From positions 62,001 through 109,085 of the forward strand of contig NGBS01000027.1 of assembly GCA_002245135.1 (NCBI GenBank): 47,085 nt of DNA, read 5' to 3'. The notes under the pieces were generated by a model that saw only the letters and a list, made by a program, of their open reading frames with translations, was not told the DNA's origin and did no database searches. Source of the DNA: Proteromonas lacertae. Taxonomy: Eukaryota. Positions 1 to 13,248 of this stretch are shown in pieces (position 1 is the first letter of the stretch; the number at the start of each line of letters is the position of its first letter). The translations under genes were made by a program, and so were the position numbers.

Positions 1-210
1 ATTATATTCATTGTGCACAAATAAAATAAAAAAATGCACAATTAAAATATATCGGATATTCTATACATCATCATTCACTATATTCATGCTCACTTTATAC
101 GTTTCATATTTTCATTAATCTATATGATATCTTATTCTTATTTTATTCAGTGTAACTGATTTGAAACGAATCTATTTCTATATTTATACCAAAATCAATA
201 TTTTGCTGAA

Positions 211-2339
211 ATGAAAGTAATCGATAATGAAATTGGTCAGAATGGGTATAGATAATTATATTTGATTATATAGGTTAAGTAGAATGCTAGTGAATAATGG
301 TTATGGTGATTTGAAAGTTAAAGTTGGAAGCGAAGAAGTTGTGTGTGTGAAAAGTATCTTAATGAACGGTAATGCTACAATTAAGAAATTATTGGATGAT
401 GAGAAGCAGAGTGGAGTATTAGAAATATATGAAAAATGTGAAATAAACTCATTTTTAGAAATAGAAAAATACTATAGTGGTGGATGTATGGAATTGAATG
501 AAGATAATGTCTGTGATATATTGAGACTCAGTATCTATTACAATGATAATCGAATAATGAGAATCTGTAAGAGATACTTAAAGAAACATATGAATGATTC
601 AATAGTAATAGAAATATTCTCAATATTAAATGGTTTAAATATAAACCAGTTGAATGAATTGAGAGATGTAAGTGAAGAATATTTAAAAGTGAATGGTTTT
701 AAATACTTGAATGATGGTATAAATATATTTATGTTAATATAAAATAGATAAATTATTATCAAAACTGAATTTACAATCAATAAGGTTTATCTTGAATATT
801 GAAGAGTTAGTTATCAATGATGAAACTTGGTTATTAAATCGATTATTGAAATGGTATAGAAATGTATTGAAAGAAGAGTCAGAAAGTGAAGAAGAATTGA
901 ATGAGTTTAAGTTATTATTAAAAGAAGAGATTAATCAATTTGAAGTAAAGAAAGAAGAAATAGAAGAAGAAAATTTGAATGTAATAAAAGAATTAAAAAT
1001 TGAAATGAAAGAAAGGAAAAATCATGTTTATATTAAAACTAAAGAAGTGAATAATCCTAACTTAATAAAGATAATTCATGAATTTTACATAAAAGAAGAA
1101 GAAGAAATAGAATTAAATGGAAGATTATATGAAGTATTGAATAAAGAAGAAATGAAAGAAGAAATGATGAAATTGTTGAATAATGAAGATGTACGAGTTA
1201 TTGAAATAGTGTTAAATCTGATAATGGGAATGAAAATCTCTGAAATAATTCCTAATAAAATAAAGAATAATTTGTTAAGAGAATTATTATATGAATATGG
1301 AAGAAACAAAAGAAATCGAACAATGAAATGTTTGTGTTTATTTGTTGCTGATATTACTAATATAATGATAAGTGAAAAGTTATGTGGAAAAGAAATTCTC
1401 TTTAGAATGTTGAATGAAGATTATTATTTAAATTCAAAGTCCAAAGAATTATTAATCGAATATATTCAAGAAATGAAATTGGGTGAGAGCGAAGAAGAAG
1501 AAATGAGAAAAATAATAATGGATGAAGAATTATTAGAAGAATTATTAATAAAAGAAATCACATCATTTTCATATCCTCAATCAGAATATTCATTTATATT
1601 AAATGAAGAAATCTCAATAATTCCTTCATTTGATGGAAATCGATGTGAATTTTTAATAAATCCTTCATTGCCAGATGGTTTAATGATAGATAAAGAGAAT
1701 GGAATAATTCATGGAAAAGTAGAAGAGAGTTATGAAAAGAGAGAATATGAAATAAGTTGTAAGAATAATCATAGTGAAAAGAATTTCAAAATATTATTAG
1801 AATTTATAGATGTAAAATTTACAGAATTTAACAAAAGTAAAGGTGTATCAATCTCAAATAATGGGATGTTAATAACAAACACAAATAATGGAGATAATCA
1901 TTGTTATTTGAATTTGAAAATGGAAAATGGAGTTTATCATATCAAATATCAATTTCATCAAAATGGAAATAAAAATAATGGTATAATGTTAGGGTTATCA
2001 ACTGATAATACATATTCCGGTGATCATATTTATAATCAACCAACAACATGTAATTATTATGCATGTAATGGCAAAAGTCAAGATATTGCAAGATATTGTC
2101 ATATTGGAACAGTTGTTTATAAAAATCCAAATTTCAATAATCATGGAGATGGTTCAATTTATGAAGTAATTGTTGATATGAATAAAAGAGAATTTTAGAT
2201 TAGTCATAATGATTCATCTCCTGTTTTACTTGTTAAAGATTTACCATCTCCTTTATATTCATATGCTATTCCATATTTTCAAAAAACTTCAATAGAATTA
2301 TTATCAGTAAATCATCAAAATAAAACAAAAACAATTTAA
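211..2339 (+). CDS. BTB/POZ(-BACK)-like protein with a putative Ig-like repeat and C-terminal SPRY/B30.2-like domain; in-frame TAG at 2196-2198
   Basis: ATG 211; introns 246-273 and 717-747 join ORFs 284-742 and 792-2198 in frame. BTB-like start (YGDLKVKVG...KSIL), Ig-like 'PSLPDGLMIDKENGIIHG', SPRY-like 'IMLGLS...GDGSIYEVIVDMNKREF'. The frame continues 46 codons past the TAG to TAA 2337-2339. Confidence 0.65.
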
Positions 2340-2369
2340 TAAATATAATATTATTTTATATTATTATTT

Positions 2370-3370
2370 TCATTTCATTTCAGCTCCAGATATTATATTA
2401 TATCCTTTATCTCGAGTGTCATTATATCGAAGCCATTTCTGTCGAATTGGATCGGGAACATAAGGAGGATCATTTGGAATTATTCGATTATATGTGTTAT
2501 AAACAGGTCCAGCTCGACCTTTGGATGGGAATATTTTCGTTGATTTATCATATTCTATTTGACCTTCGATTGTCTTAAAAGGATGATAACCATGTCTATT
2601 ATTATCATTAATAATAAATATTTATATATATAATACGTTACATCAGGATCGATTCTCTCAGCTAACCATTGTTCTCTCTTTTCATTATGATTTCTTTGCC
2701 ACTCATTGTCTTTTCTAATTAATTCTTGTTCTTCTTCATATACCATCGTATCATCTACTAAAGGACCATCTAAACTAAATACTCCTCGATTATGTCGATG
2801 ATGCATTATATATCTTCTTCTTAAATCATCATGAATGGCTTTTCGTCTTACTCGTTCTGCTTCTTCAATTCGAATTTCTCGATCATTCATTGCTTTTCTT
2901 TCAGCTGGAGTCATTACTGTTTCTTTTAATTCAGGCTTTTCGATTATCACTTCAGGATCTCGCATTTGGAAATTCATATATTTCTCACGAGATAAACCGA
3001 TTGTGATATTATTTGAACCACTCTTTTGAAGAGTTTCTCTCATTCTGTCATTTTCTTTCTCAAACATTGTTCTAAACATCAAAACTATATTATATTTATT
3101 ATACTCTGGTAGTTTGCCTTTCTCAATTTTGTGAATTAATACAGTTCCTTCTCTTTGTTCCTCTTTTGGTAAATATCTATATTGTTGTTCATCTAATTTA
3201 TAAAATGGTTGAGTTTCATCATAAACAGTAGCATCATATAAATGAGGGAATGGGGAAGTTCTAACTGGTATATCATGACTTATGGTTCTTTGATTTGTAT
3301 CCCATGAATATGTCATTGGTTGTGAATCAAAAAACTTCGTTAGTCTTTTAGGATCAACAGCTTTCTTCAT
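2370..3370 (-). CDS. Hypothetical protein with charged coiled-coil and C-terminal 'KGYNIISG'
   Basis: ORF from ATG 3370; 41-nt GT-AG intron 2596-2636 joins a final exon ending RDKGYNIISGAEMK* at 2370. No family recognised. Confidence 0.6.
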
Positions 3371-3443
3371 CGTTCAAAAAACAATTCTTTTTAATCTGAA
3401 ACGACTACAAAAATACACTTAATACACTGTATTATATAAGGAA

Positions 3444-6431
3444 ATGAAAATGTTGTTATTGTACATGTTATTTATGGTTATATTTGTGTCAGCACAAGAC
3501 ATTACATGTATTTTATTATTTTTGATGTGATAGATTGCAAAGTTTATGATTCTTTACTCAATACTGTGAAGGAAGGATATAGAGGAAGTTATCACACATC
3601 AAGGAATGATATGTATAATTTTATTATTCATTGTAAACAGAGAAAAGATAACAACAAATAGAGTAATTAGATATTACCTTCTATTATTTCATGACTCAAT
3701 AACAGGAGATAGTGATATTCCAGAAATAGAAGATGAAGATGCATTTGCTTTTTATGGAATGAAAGATGCTAAATTTTCTTTACTGAATTGTATGAACCAA
3801 CAGTTGTCAGAGAATGAAAGGACTTTTATAGTAGAAAAGATTATAAACATGTTATACAAAATACATGAAACAAGACCAAAAATAGTTTTACATATCTTAG
3901 AAATATTTTCATCATTATCACAATCACCACGTATATATCATCTAAGAGCAGAATCTAATTACTATGTATATATATATATATATATATATATGATAATATA
4001 TATAATAATAATATAATAAATAGCTTGAAAGATGGCAAAACATGTATGAAGATTTAATTCAATGTTTAAACTACAATTATACTGAGTGTTTATCATTGTA
4101 TTGGTATATAAACAGTATAACCTATCAATGGGATAAGATATTTCAATCATCTTATCAATTCTTAGTAGATAAGCAGAATAATGATAATAATAACAAAGAT
4201 AATGAATTAAAGAGATTATATGCAACAATATATTATTCAAGATCATTGATTGCTTTGAATCAAACAAAGACTGGGATTTCTAACTTGTTAGTGTTATTAA
4301 ATGATCATCCTAATAATGAATTACTATGGGAAGTTATTGATGAGTATTTATATTTTGTATTAATATATTTATTATAGTATTATATCATCTTATGGAGTGA
4401 TAGGCTTTATGAATGCAGTTGCAACTTTGTATATTGATGTTATTCATATATATTTTGTTTAGATCTAATGAAATTTCATTAACTCCTTGTACAAAATTTA
4501 AAATGAATACTTACTTTCCACTTACACTAGTCAATGATAATGATATACAAATCAATGGAGAAAGAATTATCCAGTCGTTGAATAATATGGTTAATCAAAC
4601 TGAGAAAATACCGTATATATTATATTTTATTATTTTTCTATAGAAATATTGAGAATTGTCCACCAAGCATTCTTTAGTAGATTATCTCCATTATTATTAA
4701 AAGATATTTTGATATTCGATCCATTAGTAAAAGTGTTAGATTATCATCCATTAAGAGTTCAACCTCAAGAAGAAAAGAGTATAAATCATATTATTATATT
4801 TATTACCTTATAGTTCGAGTTCCAAATACTCCAATAAAAATTGCTTTTATTTTACAGACAAATGTTCCATATTATTCATTTCCAGAATCATTGCAAGTAT
4901 AATAACAAAAATTATCAATTATTATTACTTATTAGAATTTAATAATGAGATTACCACATAATGAATTTATAACTACTGTTTATCTCACAAAAAAATCTGA
5001 TTGGTTTGAAGATAATTACGATGAATATATAAAAACTCAATGTACTGACATTGAACTGTGTAAATCATATATACGAATAGAAATACTACAAACAGAATAT
5101 GTTGAAAGAATAAAACAAATATATAGTCAAAGTTATGATGTTATTGTGTATGAAAATCCATTTTCAGATTGGCAACAGTATTTATTAGCATTTAATAGAC
5201 TTGCACCAATACAAATCGTTTCAAATGAATGTAAATCACCTACTTTCTTACCTACAATTGATTATATTATAGCTCCTGCAATATTGAATGTTAATTATAA
5301 TGATTTGACAAGTCATTTTACCGAACAAGTGATATTATATACTGCTTCTGGTTATTTATATAATATTCCTAATAAAGTAGAAGTTACTTTGAAGAGAGAA
5401 GATATTGGATTTACTGATGGTCATTTGTTGATTTTATATACTGGAGATTATCATACTAGTGTACCAGGTTATGATATTTTCTTAAGACAAATATTGCATG
5501 TTATTCCTTATGCTTATATTATTATGTTTAAACAGTATATTATATTTTAACTTGTATTAATTTGTTTAGCGGAAAAATATTGTATTATGAAAGTTTCTAT
5601 AGAAGATTAAAGAAGAATATTGAACCTTATTTTCATAGAATTCATTTTGTTAATTTATGTATTTTCATTACCTTTGTATTATTATTATGTTCAATAGATT
5701 CTGAAGAAATATTAATGAATTACTTTTCAATATGTGATATATATTTAGAAACAGAATTTATGCCTCAACCAAAGAATATCATATTAGCAAGTAACTTCAA
5801 AGTTCCAGTAATAGTAATACCTCAATATGGAATGAAAACCACAATTTCAGCTCACATGTTACAATCAATGAATGAAACAATTGGAATAAAAACAAACGTT
5901 TATACTTCAATAGAATATATAATAGACTTAGTAGTTAAAGATAATCACCTTCTTAAAGAAACGAAATCAAGTTTAGATTATTCAAGACATGTACTAATCA
6001 ATGATACAATCTATTTAAATGAATTTATTAGTATGTTAAGAATAGCATCAGGATATCAGTTTAATGAAACAAAGAATATAACATACAATAATATTCAGTA
6101 TTTATTAACTCAAAAAAGGTTTGACACTTTGTTGTATAAGACTTATCAATTTATTACACCTGTTATATCTGATTATGAAATGTGGTATTATCTTGCTACA
6201 TTCTATGAAAATGTGAAAGAATATAATTCAGCTTATCAATGTATTCAGTTTTGTTTAAGATTGAATTCTGTTTATTTACCTGCTATACTTGAGAAAGATG
6301 CTATTATGAAAGTATTATTATTATTATTATATATTGCTTCTTAGAGATTAAATGGAACTGAAATTGGAGCTGAAATGGAAATATTGAATTTTGATGATTT
6401 GAATAAAGTGTTTAATATAGACAGCTTATAG
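3444..6431 (+). CDS. Multi-exon TPR / glycosyltransferase family 41 (OGT/SPINDLY/HMW1C-like) protein with probable signal peptide
   Basis: N-terminus MKMLLLYMLFMVIFVSAQD; 'RLAPIQIV...PTFLPTIDYII...HFTEQVILY' resembles the GT41 RxAPVQ...GLPTIDY...E motif; TPR-like helices (e.g. WYYLATFYENVKEYNSAYQCIQFCLRLN); about a dozen short introns; stop TAG 6429-6431. Confidence 0.6.
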
Positions 6432-6698
6432 ATAACCAATACATATATACTCTTACTATTATTTTATTTGTGATTTGATTCACATTTTAAAGTATGTTAT
6501 GTTGTAAATGGGGAGATTTGATTAATGAAAAGGATTTTTCTTGATCTTCTTTATCTTCTTAGTTTTTATTCGTCTCATATATATATGAGATACTTTATTC
6601 TCTGAAAATGAATTTAGAAGATTCTAATATCATATCCATCCTTTATAACAGTGAAACTTTTCTTCACTCTTATTTTACTTCTTTTCTTGTCGTATGAT

Positions 6699-9507
6699 AT
6701 GAGTTCGAAGAAACATACTTTAAATAATCCAATACTAAAGCGTGCATTACGCAAAAGAAATGCTAGAACTGAAGAGAGTATATATGAAGAAGAAGAAGCA
6801 AAATTTAAGATAGTTGATAAAGATATAATGGTAGGATATTATTAAATTAATCATTGAACTCAGGATGCACAAGAAATCAAAGAACTATTCAAAACTCCAA
6901 TAATGAAACGTGAGCATCAAAACCTAGTGGCTCACTCCGAAGTGGAAAGAGAAAAAGAAAATCGAGCGTGCTAGATATGTTCCATATTTTGGTGGTATAT
7001 ATAAGAATCACGTAATTGAAAAATAGAAGTTGAACAATTCAATGATCCAGAGGTTGGATTAACTATATTCCCCAATAGCCTCACAAAGGTAAAGATGATG
7101 ATATGTGTAACTATGTACAACGAAGAATTCAAAGAATTAGATGATACACTTCGAGGAATTGCTGGTATAATAATATATTATAATGTATTATAGAGAATAT
7201 GGATAATATACATTTAGCTTATGATCTTACTCCTGAAGAAGTCGCAGTATTTGTAGTAATTGATGGTAGAAACAAAGTTAGTCCTACTTTATTCCATGTA
7301 TAAATATTATAACTATTATAACTTGATATATTATAGAAAAGAGAGGATGAAAAATTCTATTTGGTTGAAGATGATGTAAAATTAATGACAGAAGCATATG
7401 AAGAAGATCAACGAAGGTTTAAGAAGTGGAAAAGGCATCAAGATCAATTAAAAAGATATCATTTAGCCAATAAAGATGGTTTAGAAGCACAATTACCAAG
7501 ATTATCATTGCACTTGTTTATACAGAAGAAAGCAATTATAAAAGGAACCAGAGGAAATTTCTCCTATCATACACCATTTAACTTAGTAATAGCAATTAAA
7601 GAAGAAAATGGAGGAAAATTAAACAGTCATTTATGGGCATTAAGAGCATTTGCTAAACAGTTAAATCCAGAATTCTTCTTTCTATTCGATGTTGGTACAA
7701 AACCAGAAAAAACTGCAATTATTCGATGTTATAATGAAATGGTTGCAAATCCTCAAATAGGTGGTTGTTGTGGTGAAATTAAAGTATCAGAATTGAAACA
7801 AACTAGTGCTGTAGTTTGTGCACAGAATTTCGAGTATAAAGTCAGTACATTTATGGAGAAAGCGATGGAAAGTGTTTTTGGATATATTACCGTTTTGCCA
7901 GGAGCTTTTTCAGGATATAGGTATGAAGCTTTAAATGGAACTCCCCTGGATAAATACTTCATTTTAGAAACTCCAGAGTATAGAAAGAATGTAGCTCCCT
8001 TTGAAGCCAATATGTATTTAGCTGAAGATCGTATCATGGGTTTTGAAATGCTGGTTAAAGAGAATAATGATTACATATTACACTATGTATCTGATGCTAC
8101 AGCTGCTACTGATGTACCTCAAACTCTTGGTGTTTTAATTCGTCAAAGACGTAGATGGCTAAATGGTTCTATGTTTGCCTCATTATATGCAATAAAAGAA
8201 TGGCCTCGACTGTATAGTGAAAGTGGTCACAGTTTAATAAGAAAAATACTCTTAACATTTCAATTATTCTATCAAGTGTTGAATACTTCAATAAATCTAC
8301 TTGTTGTCGCTAATATGTTTCTTACCTTTGCTATTGTTATGAAATTGACATTTTATGAAGTATAAAATTATCATCGATATAATTTGAATAGGAAGTTCAA
8401 TTTATTGGATTTGTGTTAGATATGTTTTATATATTCATTATTCTAGTTCAAGTATAAAATTATCATTATTATAATATTATTATTATGTTATATAGATAAT
8501 ATATGCACTTGGAAATGATCCTACTAAAAGTCTAGGAATATATAAATTCTGTTATATTCTATTCGGATCTCTAAACTTATTCTCACTTTTTTGCACTTTT
8601 TGGAATATTAAAAAGATTGATTTTATGGTTATTTATAGTTGTGGTTTAACGGTTATCACTATATTCCTGTGTGCAGTAATACATGGTCAATTTGTGTCAG
8701 TTTTACAAACATTTCCACATTATATGTATATTATCTATATATATATATATATTATTTTCATTTCTAAATAGGTTTATGCTTCCAACAATTATGAATATAT
8801 TCATTATATATTCATTTTGCAATGTTCACGATGTTTCATGGGGTACAAGAGATGCGCATCATATTGAAGATGGTCAAGCAGAGGCTATGAAAGATAAATA
8901 TAAAAGTTTCAGAAGTAAATTATTAGTAATTTGGTTAACTGCGAATTGGGTTTATGCAGCTCTTATTCTACAAGTATATATATATATATATATTATATTA
9001 TGTTTTAATAGTATGGTTCAATTAATGCATTTGCATGGTTCATTGGTGTGGTAATGGGTATTTTAATTGGATATCGTGTAATTGGTTCAATATTGTATAG
9101 AATATTAGAATTATGGAATAGTGGGAAAAAACCAAGTTATGATACAGAAAGTGAAATGTATTTATATATATATATATATTCATATTATTATTATTATTAT
9201 AGTACTCAAAGTGAAAGAAGCTTCCTCTTATTCTTCTTACGATTCTCAACAACAATTTTCAGATATTGAAAGTGGGAGAGTATCTCAAACACCAACTACT
9301 GCTTCAACATTTTCTACTACAACAGGATCATCTGTTTCTTCTTCTAGTACTTATACACCAGCAAGTGGAACATCGCCACCACCAGCAAGTGATAGTGGAA
9401 ATAGTGGTAGTGGTAATAGCAACGGAAGTAATCCAACGAATTTAGTATCAACACCAATTTCGAGTGTTCCAGAAAGTGAATTAACTCCACTTTCTAAAAG
9501 CGTTTAA
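6699..9507 (+). CDS. CHS: Chitin synthase (GT2, division-1/oomycete-like) with Ser/Thr/Pro-rich tail
   Basis: Motifs CVTMYNE, KEENGGKLNSH, DVGTKP, QNFEYK, VLPGAFSGYR, LAEDR, QRRRWLNG, TM helices and DVSWGTR; multiple short introns; an apparent +1 A frameshift near 6958-6961. Confidence 0.95.
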
Positions 9508-9633
9508 AAATTCTCATTCTCTTTATTATTATTATTATTTCTCTCTATGATTATTATTTTTTTATTTTAACTTAATCCAACAAAATGTTAAACAAATCAT
9601 AAATAAATTATATATATATATTATATATACATC

Positions 9634-12504
9634 CTATCCAAACGTTTTTCTACTACTCCTAGCTCTCTTTCTAACTTTCTTGTGCTTATCAGAACTACTA
9701 GCATCAATCATATAACTAGCCATAGCTAACTGCACAGTAGGTGGTAAATGATGCATACTGCTGCTACTAGGTCTTGAACCAGCAAATAAATTCGATTTCC
9801 CTAAAGAAACACTCTTTGATTCTACTCTCATTCCATTTTTATGATTATTTGGTAAAAACATATCTTTATAAGATTCACTAGATGAACCAACATCATAAAT
9901 ATCTTTACCTTCATCTGGCTGTATTGCTATTGTCTTTGATCTAAATCTACTATTATTATTATTAACACCATTGTTGTTAAGATTAGAAGACTTTCTCATA
10001 AATGGAGGAGGTGGAAATGGTGATTGTTGTTGTTGTTGTTGTTGTTGAATTGGTTGTGGAATTTGTTGTGGTGATTTGGATGTATGAATTGGACTAGAAA
10101 TCACTGGATTTAATGTACCATCTAAGAAATCCCAAGGATTATTCTTCCCTACAATATTCAAATTTTTATTGCTATGGGAAGGACTGAGTAATTTGGGAGA
10201 AATGCAACCTGAACCTGATCTTAATCTAGTATTGGAATTACTCTTCCTCACTGGTGATGATGATGATAGAGTAGGAGGTAATGGAGCAGTTGTACTTGGT
10301 GGTATTTGGATTGGCATAGTATTTGATGTTGTTGAAGATGATGAAGATTTCATTGAAACTTGTAATAACTGTTGTTGTGATAAGGTTTGAGTTGTACTTC
10401 TTCTTAATAACATTGATTGAGTTATTGAACCTGTTAAATTATAAGGACTTGCTTCTGTAATAGCTCTTTGACGTTGTGATTGTTGTTTCTGTCTGTAAGA
10501 TGACATATGTGATAAAGATCCACTCATTGTATTACCATTTATATTATTACCATTATCACTGGAAGATATTTTATCCTTCATAAATGTATAGGATATTTTG
10601 CATTTCATACCACTCATAGGATCAAATAAAGGATTATCAAACCATTCAACTATTAATGGAGTTAAAGCGGTACTTACACTACTAAATCTTGATCGAGGTT
10701 CTATTAAATCAGATATTCTATCAGATTGAAATGAATCATTACTATTTCTTTTACTACTGATTTTATAATTCTCTATTTGTAGTCTTTGTAGGTAATATTT
10801 ATCAATTTCATCATTATTAACATCACTTTTATATCTTCTATTCTTAACTCTGATAATCCTCTTAACTATGTGTATTTTGTATGTTTTCTTTGTATAAGCC
10901 TTTGTTCTTAAAGATCTATTCACAAAATCTCTTTCTACTGCTGTATTTCTTTTCATAGGTATAAAATAGGATTGCAATCCAGTAGAATAAGACGAAGCTC
11001 TTCTTGATAAATGTCTTGGAACAGTACTTACATCATTATTATCTAATGAATCTTTTAATTTTTGCTTTCTTTTATTCTCTGCTTTATTTGGATTATCATT
11101 ACAGTCTTTACATATTCTATCTGGTTTCTTAATAAAACATTGTTGACAGACTATTAATCCACATTTATTACAATGATATTTCCTTTGTAGTAATCCAAAG
11201 GTGTTTTTGCATAGATTGCATTGTTTTGCTGAATCAATATTTACAAATACTATAAAAACAGAATAAAAAATGAGAATAAGTAAAAGTGAAAGAGTAAGAT
11301 AAAGAGAATATATATATACGTGGTGCTGGTGTTATCTTATCAAGATGTAATGTTTCATTCGAATATGAATGTGTTAATGATTGAGATATTGCTTCTTTCC
11401 ATTGCAATTTGCTTTCAACAGATGGAAATATGATTATAAACGATTGCTCAATACCATATATCAATAAACTAGTAGGAGCTTCAGGTATAGATTCACACTA
11501 TATATATATAGGCATATTTTAAAATAATAATAATAATAATAATAATATACTCCAACATATTTTACTGCATATTCAAATGAAGATGATTGTGTACAAACGA
11601 CAATTAAATCTGAAAATAAATATAAATAGCGAGACATTTCTTCTTTATTGATTATCTTTACTGCTTTTTCATATATCTAATAATAATAATAATATTAATA
11701 TATACATAAATTCTATGTAGTTCAACAATTGGATATTTTCCTTTCAATCTTTCTTCTATTGATATTAACATTGTTCTATTTCCAGATTGTTCTATGCTTC
11801 CTTTTATCTGTTTACATATATATAATGAATTATCAAAGAGTTGTAATAGTTCGGAATGTAACATTGATGATCGATTTGTGTTCAGCAATATTATTCGGAA
11901 ATATCGTGCTAATCTTATTATATATTGGTAGGGTAAGTAGAAATAATATAACAAATTTGCTTTATTTGTATAAGTTGGGTTAGAAGTGAGTAAATTTGAG
12001 AATAATTTATTTTCTTTCATTAAATCACATATATGAGAGGTAATAATGTTGTAATCATCGAAAAAAGCAAGATCTTTTGATATTTTATCCAAAAATACTT
12101 CATATAAAGAATATAGATCAAACTCTTTCGACAAAAGCCCTTTTTCAAGATCAGTCTATTACAATAACAAAATTAAAAATACCTGGAACTTTAATATGTC
12201 TGTACATAACACTATTAAGTCGATAAACAACCCTTGGAATTCCGTTTCTGTTAATACATGGTTCATTTTAAGCTTTGCATAAATTTCTTTCAGCCATGAC
12301 AGTAGATATCTAGACAATGACAGTCATTATATACTCAAAATCTAGTTGGTAATAATGTTCCTGCTTTACAAAGTCTCGCAGATACTCTAAATAGAAATGC
12401 TTTGCTGACTTGGATCGGACAATAGTTAGCAAAGACATCTCATTCCAAGATAAACTTTTCATTTTATATGAAACGGATATATTATTATTCAATTGGTTTG
12501 TCAT
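9634..12504 (-). CDS. FGD-like RhoGEF (DH)-PH-FYVE protein with long Ser/Gln/Pro-rich tail
   Basis: DH-like helices (FVKQEHYY..., LLYYFYLPYQYIIRLARYFRIIL), PH (RYLYLFSDLIVVC...SFIIIFPSVESKLQWKEAI), FYVE-like (CNLCKNTFGLLQRKYHCNKCGLIVCQQC...ICKDC). Start codon uncertain (may extend to ~12600). Confidence 0.75.
10024..10047. repeat. (TTG/CAA)n poly-Gln microsatellite in the FGD-like tail (mirror near 46388-46413, one unit longer)
   Basis: Direct reading; Q8 versus Q9 in the two ORF translations. Confidence 0.85.
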
Positions 12505-12699
12505 TCGTGTAATAAGGTTGTAACTGTATGTATTATTTAAGTTTTGTTATAATTATTAGTAATACCTTAATACACGTATGCACATATGATAAAACATCAA
12601 GATATACATAATGCTTAATTTTAGTGTTAATTTATAAGATGAATATAATACACCACTTTTATTGTTTATTTATATGAATAAATTTCAATCTATTCTGAA

Positions 12700-13144
12700 T
12701 TATGTGACTGATTTTGACTGTTTTTGGCATTCTGCTATCTCAGTTAATCTAGCTTTCTAATGTACAAATTAAATTTATATTAATACAAGTTCTGGGTCCT
12801 TTCTAGCACATAACAGTACATCTTCAGTCCCTATTTTATTTCTCTTCGCATGATGTGCAAATGCCTCTAAATCTGATGCAAATGTCTCTATGTTGAAATG
12901 ATAAACTAAAGATACCAACATATTCAACTAAAAGTTCTGTCAAAACTCCATAACACTATGTCACATATATGTTTAAAATGAACAGAAATACTTTATCGTT
13001 AATCTTAATACCACTATCTTTCTCTAATTAGTTTTATAACCAATACACTGTTATACCAGTATTTAAACATAACTCACTAATTGAAACATACAAGGAATGT
13101 TTGAAATCCTATAAAATTATCTAATTATTCTATACTTCTTCCAT
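12700..13144 (-). CDS. CENPS: Centromere protein S / MHF1 histone-fold protein (96 aa, 6 exons)
   Basis: Manual splicing of 5 introns (27, 33, 36, 28, 30 nt) gives MEEDFKHSLYVSISELC...FASDLEAFAHHAKRNKIGTEDVLLCARKDPEL, matching the CENP-S signature DLE.FA.HAKR..I..EDV.L.AR. Confidence 0.9.
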
Positions 13145-13248
13145 TTGGAGGTAAAAATCACAAAAATATTAATACATTCTTGACTGTATTTATAATAAAT
13201 ACACTGTATTATAAACACGACATAAAATCACTTTTTTTTCATTCCGCA

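Noticed and set aside
1..200. Possible minus-strand gene fragment with an intron-like GTATAAAG...GTATAG segment
   Set aside because: Could not assemble a convincing reading frame within the window.
2196..2198. Genome-wide TAG reassignment (alternative genetic code)
   Set aside because: Only one true in-frame TAG; others fall in introns (acceptor TAG) or at frameshifts, and TAG ends several genes (6431, 9634, 14338).
6699..9507. Entamoeba as source organism (AT-rich, chitin cyst)
   Set aside because: Donors are GTATA-type rather than GTTTGT, introns are shorter and denser, and the synthase has division-1-type motifs.
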